From positions 1-30,375 of the IMG/VR virus record IMGVR_UViG_3300032225_001576: 30,375 nt of DNA. One strand, 5' to 3'. The notes beneath the pieces are model-generated. The model made no database searches. It saw only the letters and a list, made by a program, of their open reading frames with translations, and was not told the origin of the DNA. The stretch is from a virus. Its lineage: Duplodnaviria; Caudoviricetes. Of the stretch, positions 18,024 to 26,473 are shown piece by piece (the first letter of the stretch is position 1; the number at the start of each line of letters is the position of its first letter). The position numbers and the translations under genes were made by a program.

Positions 18024-18802
18024 GCAACACGCCAGGCCGCGTGACGCCGGGGCCGATCAAGGGGCAACTGTCGGCACGTGCGTTGAACCGTGCCCAGGAC
18101 GCCGCTGACATCGTGTTCGGCCAACGGCCGATCGGCGTGGCGGACGGCCCGGGAGCCGGTCCCGTGCCCTACACCCCGATCCTCGCCAAGAACAACGCCG
18201 GCAGTGCCGTCCGCCGCTGGGGCGTGTTGTCAGTGGCCGGCGTGGTCTTCACGCCATCTGGGGCCACAGGCAACGCCACGCAGCAATTCCAGGATCAGCC
18301 AGTCCTCTCCGGCGGTCTGCCTACTGGTGGCTCGGCGTTTGTCGTGGCAGTGGAGCCGATTGCCGCTGGGAGAATCGGCCGGTGTGCCGTGGCCGGTGTG
18401 GTGCAGGCCAAGATCAACGTCGTCAGCGAGTCCGACACGTTCGCCACGGCGAAGGACGGCGACCTGACGCAGCTCACGTCGGCCTCGAGCGGCGAGGCCA
18501 CGATTCTGTGGAAAGAATCCGGCACCGGCTCGGGGAAGTGGGCGCTGGTGCGGTTCGGGTCGGCGGGGGCGGCCGGCGTGCGGCTCGGGAAGGTCAGCGG
18601 CACCTGGACGAAGGGCGCGACGGCGAGCGTGACGCAGTGGAAGGGCGACGGCTCGGCAGCGGTCAGCGGGCCAAGCGGCCCGGTGACGTTCACGGCAATC
18701 AACCGGGCACAGACCGTGACGGGGCCGACGGGCGGATTCTGGGTCGGTTGCGAGAGCATCGACGGGACGTGGCACCTCGAATGGTCGGAGTGCTCCGCAT
18801 GA
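18020..18802 (+). CDS. Putative tail-tip / baseplate protein
   Basis: 260 aa, ATGA overlaps on both sides, Gly/Thr-rich beta pattern. Confidence 0.58.
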   Translation: MSNTPGRVTPGPIKGQLSARALNRAQDAADIVFGQRPIGVADGPGAGPVPYTPILAKNNAGSAVRRWGVLSVAGVVFTPSGATGNATQQFQDQPVLSGGLPTGGSAFVVAVEPIAAGRIGRCAVAGVVQAKINVVSESDTFATAKDGDLTQLTSASSGEATILWKESGTGSGKWALVRFGSAGAAGVRLGKVSGTWTKGATASVTQWKGDGSAAVSGPSGPVTFTAINRAQTVTGPTGGFWVGCESIDGTWHLEWSECSA

Positions 18803-19890
18803 TTCTCGGCGGCGGGTCGAATTGCCAAGGGTGCGGGTGCGGGGGTGCATGCCCGAAATGCACCCGCACATGCCAGAACCCACACAGCGGCTCGGCGTTT
18901 CAAGAGGTGTGGCGTGGATATTCGTTCGGTGCTGTTGATGGCCGTGCCACCGACGGCTACCTGACGTTCTCCGGCGACGAAGACAACCCAGCGTTTATCC
19001 CCAGCGGTGGGCCGTTTCACCAAGAGATCGGCGGCACGTTCTACCTCGACAGTTCTGTGAGTCGATTTCCGTGCAGTCTCGCGGTGTCGTTCTGGCGAAC
19101 GCTCTTTCCGGCAAACGCCAGCACCGATACCGCGCTGTCTTCAAACACCGTGACAATTGCCTGCGTCACTGGTCAGTTCATGACGAACGACGGAGTGTTA
19201 GTCAACCCCGGCGAGACATACACATTCACTGCGGCCGTGCCGCTGGTCGGCATTTTCGCCGGAGATCCGCACAGTTCAACAGGCACCTTCGGCGGTTACG
19301 CCACGTGCGACGGAACGATGGTTGGAATCCGAGCACGGATCGACTGGAGCAGCTCGGAGCGGGTCCACGTGCTGCATGGGATCGTAAGGGAGTGCTACGA
19401 GGAGGGGAATCCGTGTGCGACGTTTTGCTCTGGAAACCCATCTCCCAATGCGCTCTACCTGACGTTGAGCGGGTTTTCAACCTCGTCCGGAACGTTGCAC
19501 GCATCGTATCCGTCTGGAACGTATGTAATTGATCGAGTTCCAGAGTTTTGCAACTCCTACATAACGCCACTTGAGGACTGCAACGGAGTCACGTATTCAT
19601 TCGGACCGTTCATTCCTTTTGTTGGCGTGAATCACAATTGGATGACTGGTTACGTCGGCTCTGAAAACGTCTTTATGGGATTCGGATTTAGGGACTCGCG
19701 TGGGTGTTGCATGAGCTTTCTTTTGCGACTGAACGTGCCATCGTTGCCGTGTGTGTCGTTGACTGGCGTGAGCGGAACTGCTTCATGGTCTGTTCAGCGA
19801 GGGGGGTTTTTTGCTCCGGTTGATGATCCCTGTCGAGTTGAAGAAAACAACGATGCAAGCGGTACTCTTTCGTGGACAATATCATCGTGA
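18799..19890 (+). CDS. Cys-rich putative receptor-binding / tail-tip protein
   Basis: True start ATG18799 (ATGA overlap), MILGGGSNCQGCGCGGACPKCTRTC; visibly lower GC towards 3' end. Confidence 0.6.
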   Translation: MILGGGSNCQGCGCGGACPKCTRTCQNPHSGSAFQEVWRGYSFGAVDGRATDGYLTFSGDEDNPAFIPSGGPFHQEIGGTFYLDSSVSRFPCSLAVSFWRTLFPANASTDTALSSNTVTIACVTGQFMTNDGVLVNPGETYTFTAAVPLVGIFAGDPHSSTGTFGGYATCDGTMVGIRARIDWSSSERVHVLHGIVRECYEEGNPCATFCSGNPSPNALYLTLSGFSTSSGTLHASYPSGTYVIDRVPEFCNSYITPLEDCNGVTYSFGPFIPFVGVNHNWMTGYVGSENVFMGFGFRDSRGCCMSFLLRLNVPSLPCVSLTGVSGTASWSVQRGGFFAPVDDPCRVEENNDASGTLSWTISS

Positions 19891-20264
19891 GTCGTTGCGA
19901 CCTCTCCACCCCCGACGCCACGTGCCGGCGCTGTGGCTTCGTCAGCAAGATCCGCGGAGCGATCCGGCAATGCACGGTGCCGGTGTCGGAGACGTGCGGC
20001 CCGGGCTGCCAACTTAAACGAACGCTGTCCTGGTTGAGCGTCCGCGACGACGGCTCCTGCGGGTGCGGCAAATACGCCGCCCAGATGGACGCATGGGGGC
20101 CGGACGGCTGCGAGGCCCGCATGGATGAAATCGTCGCCCACCTCGTCGACCAGGCCTCGAAGCGAAGCGTGATTCTCGGGGCGATTCCGGCCGTTGCCGT
20201 CGTGCCAATCGTGCGACGAGCGATCGACGCCGCCCGGCGGGAAGCCACACCCCCGCCGGGGTGA
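19887..20264 (+). CDS. Cys-rich hypothetical protein (possible chaperone of the preceding gene)
   Basis: GTGA overlap start 19887; CRRCG, CGPGCQL, SCGC...MDAWGPDGC. Confidence 0.65.
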   Translation: MSRCDLSTPDATCRRCGFVSKIRGAIRQCTVPVSETCGPGCQLKRTLSWLSVRDDGSCGCGKYAAQMDAWGPDGCEARMDEIVAHLVDQASKRSVILGAIPAVAVVPIVRRAIDAARREATPPPG

Positions 20265-20283
20265 CAGCCCGGCCCGTCAGCAT
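20246..20283 (+). promoter_or_regulatory. Putative late promoter copy 4: CACACCCCCG-N22-CAGCAT
   Basis: Same motif and spacing; GGAGG RBS at 20292 and ATG20302. Confidence 0.6.
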
Positions 20284-20301
20284 GGCCGCACGGAGGCGAG
20301 C

Positions 20302-20583
20302 ATGGCGAGACGATCGGCCACGGTGCATATCGGAGACCGGAAGTGGCGGATTCGCGTCTGCCGCGTCCCGCGAGACCGTCACGGCGACTGCAACACCGAG
20401 ACGGGCGTGATCCGCGTTTCCGACAAGGTCGCCGGCTTCGATTTCGTCAACGTGCTCCTCCACGAGCTGATTCACGCCCGCTGGTGGTGCCTGGACGAGA
20501 GCGAAGTGACGGAGTTCGCGGAAGAGGCGGCGGCCGTGCTCGAAGCGTTCGGAATCACCCGATCGGAGGACGAGGATGCATAA
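20302..20583 (+). CDS. Small zincin-like (HEXXH) metallopeptidase-fold protein
   Basis: 93 aa from ATG20302; HGDC...IRV...LLHELIHA...DESEV. Confidence 0.7.
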   Translation: MARRSATVHIGDRKWRIRVCRVPRDRHGDCNTETGVIRVSDKVAGFDFVNVLLHELIHARWWCLDESEVTEFAEEAAAVLEAFGITRSEDEDA

Positions 20584-21604
20584 GCAAAAACTCCGCGGCG
20601 CGGCCCTCGGCGACGAGATCACGGCGATCGTCCGCGACATCGTCGCCCGCCATCCCGACGCTCCGGCTCGGACGCTGGCCCGGCGGGTGGTCGAGGAGAG
20701 CAACGGGGCACTGACGATTGAGCAGGCACGCTCTCGCGTGCGGAAAACGCTCGGCCTAAATGGAGAAGACAGCCGGCGTTCAGCCACCACCAAAGAACTG
20801 CACCGCGAAGTACGGCGCGCCGGTGAGAGGGTCGCTATGCCGCCAAGCCAGGCGGAGCCGTGGGAGCCGTACGACCTGGGTATCATCGGCAAAGTCGGCG
20901 TGCTCTCTGACATCCATGTTCCGTATCACGACGAAACGGCGCTCTGGACCGCGATCGAGCACCTCCAGACTGAAAAAATTGATGCTCTGCTGCTCAACGG
21001 CGATTGGGCAGACTTCTACTCGATCTCGCGGCACGAGAAAAATCCAAAGCACCGCAACTTCCGTGGCGAACTGGAATCCGTGCGGCAACTGCTGCGGTGG
21101 ATACGCCAAGAGTTTCCCAACGCTCTGATTACCGCGAAGAGCGGCAACCACGAAGAGAGATTCGAGAAGTGGCTGTGGCAACACGCGGCCGAGATCAGTG
21201 ATGACCCCATCATGGGGCTCGACAACTGGTGCGGACTGTCGGGCAACGATATTTCGCTGGTGAAGGACAAGCGGATCATTCTCGCCGGCCAACTGCCGAT
21301 CCTGCATGGACACGAGAAGGGAAACGGGATCTCTTCGCCGGTGAACCAGGCCCGCGGAGCGTTCATGCGGCTGCACCACACCGTGCTCGAAGGGCACGGG
21401 CACCGCACTTCGACGCACTCCGAGCCCGACATGATGGGCCGCGAGACGGTCTGTTTCTCGACTGGCTGTCTGTGCGATCTGCGGCCAGCGTACGCGGTCT
21501 TGAACAAGTGGAACCACGGCTTCGCGCTCGTGCATGTCCACGCCGACCGGTCGTTCGATGTCGAAAACCTGCGGATCACGAAGGGGAAGGTACGGCAGTC
21601 ATGA
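20576..21604 (+). CDS. Calcineurin-like metallophosphoesterase with N-terminal helical (HTH-like) domain
   Basis: All five motifs: SDIH, NGDWAD, GNHE, HGHE, GHGH. Confidence 0.88.
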   Translation: MHKQKLRGAALGDEITAIVRDIVARHPDAPARTLARRVVEESNGALTIEQARSRVRKTLGLNGEDSRRSATTKELHREVRRAGERVAMPPSQAEPWEPYDLGIIGKVGVLSDIHVPYHDETALWTAIEHLQTEKIDALLLNGDWADFYSISRHEKNPKHRNFRGELESVRQLLRWIRQEFPNALITAKSGNHEERFEKWLWQHAAEISDDPIMGLDNWCGLSGNDISLVKDKRIILAGQLPILHGHEKGNGISSPVNQARGAFMRLHHTVLEGHGHRTSTHSEPDMMGRETVCFSTGCLCDLRPAYAVLNKWNHGFALVHVHADRSFDVENLRITKGKVRQS

Positions 21605-22404
21605 CGGACGCTGAACTGCTGGCGATCGACCAACGCATCCAGAGGGCCGGTGCGGCGAACTGCTGGACTGGCACACTTGGCAGCCTTGCAAGCGACGCCC
21701 GGCGGCTTGTGCGGCACATCCAGGAGACGCGGAAGATGGAAGAGAAATACCCACCACGGATCGACGTGGCGTGCGACACATGCCGTGGGATCGTCGGGCT
21801 AATTCCGACGTGTCCCGACTGCAATGGCACCGGGAAACGCTGGAAGGTCAACGGTCCTTCGGAGCCTTGGAAATACCGCGACGAAGATCCGCCGTGCTTT
21901 CGCCCTGGTTTCGACAAGGACGACCACGAGCGGAAAGCTACTGCGACGCGGGAAGCGGCAATCGCTGAACTTCGTCGGCGATCCAAAGAGCGACGTGCGT
22001 ACCCGGTCGATCACATCCTCCGCGGCGAGCGTGAGCTGCGGCACTTCGTCGGCGACGAGGTTGAGCCGGAGGCGACGGTGATCGAAGAGGACGAAGCGGA
22101 AGGACCGCCGGTTGCTGTCCGTCTACTCGAGCAAGCCACCGCTGCCGTGAAGGATCGTCACGCGGTCTACGGGCCGCCAACGGCCCATTTCGCCCGCACC
22201 GTTGGAATGGTCAACAGCCTTTTTCGCGACGTGCTCCGCCGACCCCTGACAACGTCGGATTGGGCGCGAATCATGCTCCTCGACAAGCTCGCCCGCGACC
22301 TCGGGCCGCGGCCGCACGCAGACAACGCGGTCGACATCGCCGGGTACGCCGCATGCCTTGCCGAGTGCAACGCGTCCGCACCCCCTGCGGCCGGTGAAGG
22401 GTGA
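21601..22404 (+). CDS. DUF6378-like domain protein with internal CxxC zinc-ribbon
   Basis: ATGA overlap start 21601; C-terminal DRHAVYGPP..HF...MLLDKLAR...DNAVDIAGYAAC; CDTC/CPDCNGTG in middle. Confidence 0.72.
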   Translation: MTDAELLAIDQRIQRAGAANCWTGTLGSLASDARRLVRHIQETRKMEEKYPPRIDVACDTCRGIVGLIPTCPDCNGTGKRWKVNGPSEPWKYRDEDPPCFRPGFDKDDHERKATATREAAIAELRRRSKERRAYPVDHILRGERELRHFVGDEVEPEATVIEEDEAEGPPVAVRLLEQATAAVKDRHAVYGPPTAHFARTVGMVNSLFRDVLRRPLTTSDWARIMLLDKLARDLGPRPHADNAVDIAGYAACLAECNASAPPAAGEG

Positions 22405-22414
22405 GTCGTAGCGT
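22377..22414 (+). promoter_or_regulatory. Putative late promoter copy 5: CGCACCCCCT-N22-TAGCGT
   Basis: Same motif and spacing; GGAGGTGA RBS and ATG22430. Confidence 0.65.
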
Positions 22415-22429
22415 GGTGGGAGGTGACGC

Positions 22430-22678
22430 ATGATCGGTCGGCCGACGCACTGGAGAACCGGCCCGCATGGCCGGGAATCGGTGGCAGCCGCTGGCGATTT
22501 TGTGTCGCTGGAACGGTTGGTGACGAGCCGCGAGAAGTCGGGCCGGATCACGTCCAGGCCGGAGCGGACGGACCGAGAGATCGAGGTGATCGCCTGGCGG
22601 CTGGGGCTGACTGTGGTGCAGGTCCGGAAGGCGATCGCCGAGGGGCGAACGGAGATCCTTGATGCCAACGACCGGTAG
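22430..22678 (+). CDS. Small protein with C-terminal HTH-like motif
   Basis: 82 aa; strong RBS; EIEVIAWRLGLTVVQVRKAIAEG. Confidence 0.6.
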   Translation: MIGRPTHWRTGPHGRESVAAAGDFVSLERLVTSREKSGRITSRPERTDREIEVIAWRLGLTVVQVRKAIAEGRTEILDANDR

Positions 22679-23186
22679 CCTTTCGGGCGTCATCGCCACG
22701 ACGACCTCGATCACGCAGACGCAAACCGACACTGTTGGCGCGTCGAATCGTGGCGTGACGGTGGGGGCGAACTACAAGCTCGATTCCGTCTCCGGACCAG
22801 TGGCCGATCAGGTGTGGGTGAGCACCCGCACCCTGAACGCCGGATCGAGCGAGACGCTCGATCTGCTCGCGCTCTCTGACACGATCCAGGGTGCCACAGG
22901 CATCCAAACGATGCGGCAGGTTCGTCTCGTCCGTGTGACCTGCAACGAAACGACCACCGGGCCGCGAATCGTGGTCGGACCGTCCGGCACGAATGGCTGG
23001 GGCCGCGTCGCCGGCGAAGTCGGGCCGGGCGGCGAACTGCTCGCCGTCCAGCAGACGCACGCATGGGGCGTCACGAGCACCGAGCGTGGCGTGACGATCC
23101 GGGCCACCGGGCCGACCGGCGGCGTCGCCGTCTCCTATTCGATCGTGGTGGCTGGAACGAGCATTACCGGGCCAACGGGGTACTGA
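22662..23186 (+). CDS. Thr/Gly-rich beta protein, probable virion component
   Basis: 174 aa; GGAG RBS; composition resembles structural proteins. Confidence 0.6.
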   Translation: MPTTGSLSGVIATTTSITQTQTDTVGASNRGVTVGANYKLDSVSGPVADQVWVSTRTLNAGSSETLDLLALSDTIQGATGIQTMRQVRLVRVTCNETTTGPRIVVGPSGTNGWGRVAGEVGPGGELLAVQQTHAWGVTSTERGVTIRATGPTGGVAVSYSIVVAGTSITGPTGY

Positions 23187-23187
23187 C

Positions 23188-23553
23188 ATGACACCGGAAC
23201 AGCTTCAATCCGCAGTCACGCAATTCATCGCGGACGCCCGCGCGAAGGCGCAGGGCGGACTGACCGTAGCCGAGTTCGGCGCGCTCGTGGTCGAGCTGCT
23301 GCACCTGGTCGTCGGCGGCCTTGACTCCGTCACCACGCTGGACGGGCCGAGCAAAAAGGCGTGGGCGCTCGCGTGCGTGGGCTTGCTCTTCGACGCCGTC
23401 GCCACGTCGGCAGTGCCTCTACCGATGCAGCCGGTGTGGCTGATCGTTCGTCCGGCCGTTCGCTCGCTCGTGATCGCCGCTGCTGGCGGGGCACTGGAAA
23501 AGATCTTGACGCTGTCGCGGGCCGCCGTGCCCGCCCCGGAGAAGCCCGCATGA
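23188..23553 (+). CDS. Hydrophobic helical protein, possible holin-like
   Basis: 121 aa with hydrophobic stretches; abuts neighbours; function is inference only. Confidence 0.5.
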   Translation: MTPEQLQSAVTQFIADARAKAQGGLTVAEFGALVVELLHLVVGGLDSVTTLDGPSKKAWALACVGLLFDAVATSAVPLPMQPVWLIVRPAVRSLVIAAAGGALEKILTLSRAAVPAPEKPA

Positions 23554-24146
23554 TTCCGTATTGGCTGATCGCCGCCGTCGCCGCGGTGGCATACCTGCTG
23601 TGGACGCGACCGGCCGCCCCGGCGGGGCTCCCGCCGTTGGTGCCGACCGTGGCCCCGGCGCTGACCGTCCCCGCACCGGCCGCCACCGGCCCGCACCCGC
23701 TGACCATCGCGGCGATCCTGGCTGCGGGCGGCATGGTCGCGTGGTCGCTGCACGATCGCCCCGCCCCGCATCCTGCCCCCGGCCCCGCGCCGGTGGTCGG
23801 GCTCGATCTCCGCGGCCGGTTTGTCGGGCCGGATGCCGCGTCCGATGCCGCCACCACGGCCGCCCTGCTCGAGGAGCTCGCCGGCCAGATCGAGTGGGAC
23901 GGGCAGCAGACGGAGCCGCGGCTCCGCACCGGTGCCGCGTTCGACGATCTGCGGCGGTCCGCCCGCGAGCTGCGGACGCGTGGCGTCTCGCTCGGGGCTC
24001 GGCAGCCCGCCGTCCGCGACGAGATCAAACGGTTCCTCGACGCCGAGGCCGGCACCGAGGGCGGGCCGGTCGACGCCGCCGCCCGGGCGAAGTGGGTGAA
24101 AGCGTACCGAGCGGTTTCGCAGGCCGCGGCGGAGGCGACGCGATGA
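23550..24146 (+). CDS. Membrane protein (two hydrophobic segments, Pro-rich linkers, helical C-terminal domain)
   Basis: ATGA overlap start 23550 (MIPYWLIAAVAAVAYLLW). Confidence 0.65.
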   Translation: MIPYWLIAAVAAVAYLLWTRPAAPAGLPPLVPTVAPALTVPAPAATGPHPLTIAAILAAGGMVAWSLHDRPAPHPAPGPAPVVGLDLRGRFVGPDAASDAATTAALLEELAGQIEWDGQQTEPRLRTGAAFDDLRRSARELRTRGVSLGARQPAVRDEIKRFLDAEAGTEGGPVDAAARAKWVKAYRAVSQAAAEATR

Positions 24147-24286
24147 AGACGTTCGCCTGCTGCGCCGGGTACTTCTTCGTGATCCTCGTCGGCTGGCCGT
24201 TGTCGTTCGTCGCCGCGGTGCTCTCGCACGCGGCCGACTGGCTGGATGACCTCTCCTATCAACTCCTCGACGGGTGGTTGCCATGA
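24143..24286 (+). CDS. 47-aa single-pass membrane peptide
   Basis: ATGA overlaps at both ends, GGAGG RBS; MKTFACCAGYFFVILVGWPLSFVAAVL. Confidence 0.6.
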   Translation: MKTFACCAGYFFVILVGWPLSFVAAVLSHAADWLDDLSYQLLDGWLP

Positions 24287-25416
24287 CGCGACGCGCGCAG
24301 ATCTGGAGCTGGTCCGCGATCGGTTTCGTGATCGTCGCCGCGATCGTCGGGGCGTTGGTCGAGCGGGCCACGCACCGGATCGCCGCGCGGGTCGAGAGCC
24401 GGTTCGGGTACACGCCCGACCCCGAGGGGCTCCGCCAGGTGATGGCCGAGTTTGGCCCCGCCGGGCGATTCTCTGCGGCCGGTGCCGAGGCGATCGAGAA
24501 GGCAGAGCAACGAGATACCTTCCTCTACCGATCGGCCTACAAGGCTCACCAGGCCGTTTACCACGAGCCGTGGATCGTCGGCCGGCAGGGAATCGGGGAT
24601 TGCGTCTCATGGGGCTGGAGCCACGCGGTGTGGATCGCCCTCTGCTGCGATTGGGAGACGGGCCGTCTCGCCAATCCTCCGCCAATGGTCGCCACCGAGA
24701 GCATCTACGGAGGCTCCCGCGTGGAGGCTCGCGGCCGTCCGGGGGACGGGCGGAATCCGGTCGGCGGATATTCCGACGGCTCCTATGGGGCCGCCGCGGC
24801 CCGGTGGGTGCGAGACTGGGGCGTGGTCTTCCGCCAGGAGGTGGGCGGCCACGATCTCCGCGTCTACTCGCCAGATACGGCAAAGGCGTGGGGCGCGTTC
24901 GGCAACGGCGGGCAGGGTGACGCCGGCAAGCTCGACGAGATCGCCAAGCTCCACCCGGCGAAGCACGTGGCCGCGGTCGGCACGTTCGCCGAGGCCGCAG
25001 CCGCAATCGAGAGCGGCTACCCCGTGGCCGTCTGCTCTGGGCAGGGATTCGCCAACGTCCGCGACGCCAACGGATTCGCCGCTGCGTCAGGCTCGTGGGC
25101 GCATTGCATGGTCTTTATCGCCGTCCGCTACGCGGCGAATGGCTCACCGGAAGACGGCCTGCTGTGCCTCAATTCATGGGGGCCGACGTGGATCTCCGGT
25201 CCATCGTGGCCGGGCGACATGCCAGCCGGATCGTTCTGGGTTCGCCGCTCCGTGGTCGATCGAATGCTGAACGGCGAGAACACGGACTCCTTCGCCGTCG
25301 GCAGCGTCGACGGCCTCGGCCATCGGCCACTGGACAACGGCAACTGGCTCGAGCCCGCCCCCGCCGCCCCGCAACCCGCTTCCACGATCGCCGGCACCTA
25401 TTCCCTCGCCCCGTGA
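24283..25416 (+). CDS. Papain-like (C1-type) cysteine peptidase with N-terminal membrane anchor
   Basis: Q..GDCVSWG (catalytic Cys), WAHC (His), LNSWG (Asn), GSFWV; TM segment WSAIGFVIVAAIVGALV. Confidence 0.85.
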   Translation: MTRRAQIWSWSAIGFVIVAAIVGALVERATHRIAARVESRFGYTPDPEGLRQVMAEFGPAGRFSAAGAEAIEKAEQRDTFLYRSAYKAHQAVYHEPWIVGRQGIGDCVSWGWSHAVWIALCCDWETGRLANPPPMVATESIYGGSRVEARGRPGDGRNPVGGYSDGSYGAAAARWVRDWGVVFRQEVGGHDLRVYSPDTAKAWGAFGNGGQGDAGKLDEIAKLHPAKHVAAVGTFAEAAAAIESGYPVAVCSGQGFANVRDANGFAAASGSWAHCMVFIAVRYAANGSPEDGLLCLNSWGPTWISGPSWPGDMPAGSFWVRRSVVDRMLNGENTDSFAVGSVDGLGHRPLDNGNWLEPAPAAPQPASTIAGTYSLAP

Positions 25417-25424
25417 GTCCCGTC

Positions 25425-25697
25425 ATGCCCATCGACCGCAAGCTCGTCTTCGCCGTCCTCATCGCTCTGGCCGCCGGATGGTGGCTTGGCTCGTCGCCGG
25501 CCAGCCCGATCGCTCCGCAGCCCCAGCGGCCGGTCCTGCATGCCCTGGCACGGCTGACGCGTACCGCGGCCCGGCTCGGGTTGTGGATGGCTTTTGCGGC
25601 CGAAGCACCGCAGCCGCAGGAGCAGCGGCAGATCGTCAACGCGCCTGCTGTCGACGCCGACGGGCACCGAGTCGTGAATCACGGGGAGGGCTGGTGA
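25425..25697 (+). CDS. Small membrane-anchored protein
   Basis: MPIDRKLVFAVLIALAAGWWLG; stop overlaps next start (TGATG). Confidence 0.62.
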   Translation: MPIDRKLVFAVLIALAAGWWLGSSPASPIAPQPQRPVLHALARLTRTAARLGLWMAFAAEAPQPQEQRQIVNAPAVDADGHRVVNHGEGW

Positions 25698-25972
25698 TGA
25701 CCCTATGGCAATCCCTCCTCGCCCTCCTCGCTTCCCTTTCGGCTGATCCCGCGGAGATCGACCGCGAACCGCCACGCGCCGCCGCGGCCGTCGCCGCGGC
25801 CTACGCCTCGCTCGCACCCGAGACGGCCCCGACGCCGCCCCCGGCACCGGCGAAGTGTGGCTGCGGGGGGAAGTGCCAGGGAGGCGTCTACAAGCCGGAC
25901 GGCCGGATCGAGATGCGATGCGAGGGGAACTGTGGGTGCGGGTGCCGAAAAAGCTCCGCCCCCGGCCGCTGA
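25697..25972 (+). CDS. Small secreted/membrane protein with Cys-rich C-terminus
   Basis: GGGGAGG RBS; signal-like N-terminus; CGCGGKC...CEGNCGCGC. Confidence 0.62.
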   Translation: MTLWQSLLALLASLSADPAEIDREPPRAAAAVAAAYASLAPETAPTPPPAPAKCGCGGKCQGGVYKPDGRIEMRCEGNCGCGCRKSSAPGR

Positions 25973-26018
25973 CCGGCAATGCCCGCGGGCTGCCGTCGCG
26001 CCGGGGGCGGGGACTTTT
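25956..26018. terminator. Long stem-loop between convergent transcription units
   Basis: CCGCCCCCGGC (25956-25966) / GCCGGGGGCGG (26000-26010) with inner CGGCA/TGCCG and GCCC/GGGC pairs, then GGACTTTT. Confidence 0.6.
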
Positions 26019-26220
26019 ACGTCTTCCTCGGCCGCCCCATGCCCGGCGTGGCCACGATCTTGGCAACGTCCCGCCGGTGGACGAACACGGTTCCGTCGAT
26101 CTCGACGGACGGGACGATCCCGTCCTTCACGAGCCGGTATGCCAGGGCACGGCTGACGCCCGCCATTTTCGCGGCCGTGGCGGGTCGGATGTAATCGGTG
26201 GTGTTGATGCGTGGTGCCAT
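26017..26220 (-). CDS. Excisionase-like / HTH_17 DNA-binding protein
   Basis: 67 aa MAPRINTTDYIRPATAAKMAGVSRALAYRLVKDG..PSVEIDG..FV; ends GRPRK. Confidence 0.78.
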   Translation of the reverse strand: MAPRINTTDYIRPATAAKMAGVSRALAYRLVKDGIVPSVEIDGTVFVHRRDVAKIVATPGMGRPRKT

Positions 26221-26236
26221 GCAGAAGGTAATCGGT

Positions 26237-26452
26237 TCAGCGGCCCGGCTCGCTGAAGAAAACGCCGCACTCGTCCTGTCCACGGACGAGCCCCTGACGC
26301 TGCATATCGAGCTGCCACAAAGTCTCGGTCAGCCAGTGCGTCAGCCGCGAGCGGGTGTGGTGGACGCGGGACCGGGCTTCGCCGCTGAAGGCGAGGCCGG
26401 TGGCGGTCAGGCAGACGACGAGCAGGGCAGAGGCGGGGAGGAGGGTTTTCAT
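26237..26452 (-). CDS. Hypothetical protein with signal-peptide-like N-terminus
   Basis: 71 aa; AAGGA RBS; MKTLLPASALLVVCLTATGLAFS. Confidence 0.55.
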   Translation of the reverse strand: MKTLLPASALLVVCLTATGLAFSGEARSRVHHTRSRLTHWLTETLWQLDMQRQGLVRGQDECGVFFSEPGR

Positions 26453-26473
26453 GGGGTGGTTCCTTGTGGTGTG

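Noticed and set aside
18799-19890. Possible diversity-generating retroelement target in the variable tail gene
   Set aside because: No reverse transcriptase and no template/variable repeat pair seen in the window
19907-19942. CACCCCCG resembling the late promoter motif (also minus strand at 18840-18847)
   Set aside because: Intragenic and lacking the nAnnnT hexamer at 22-nt spacing
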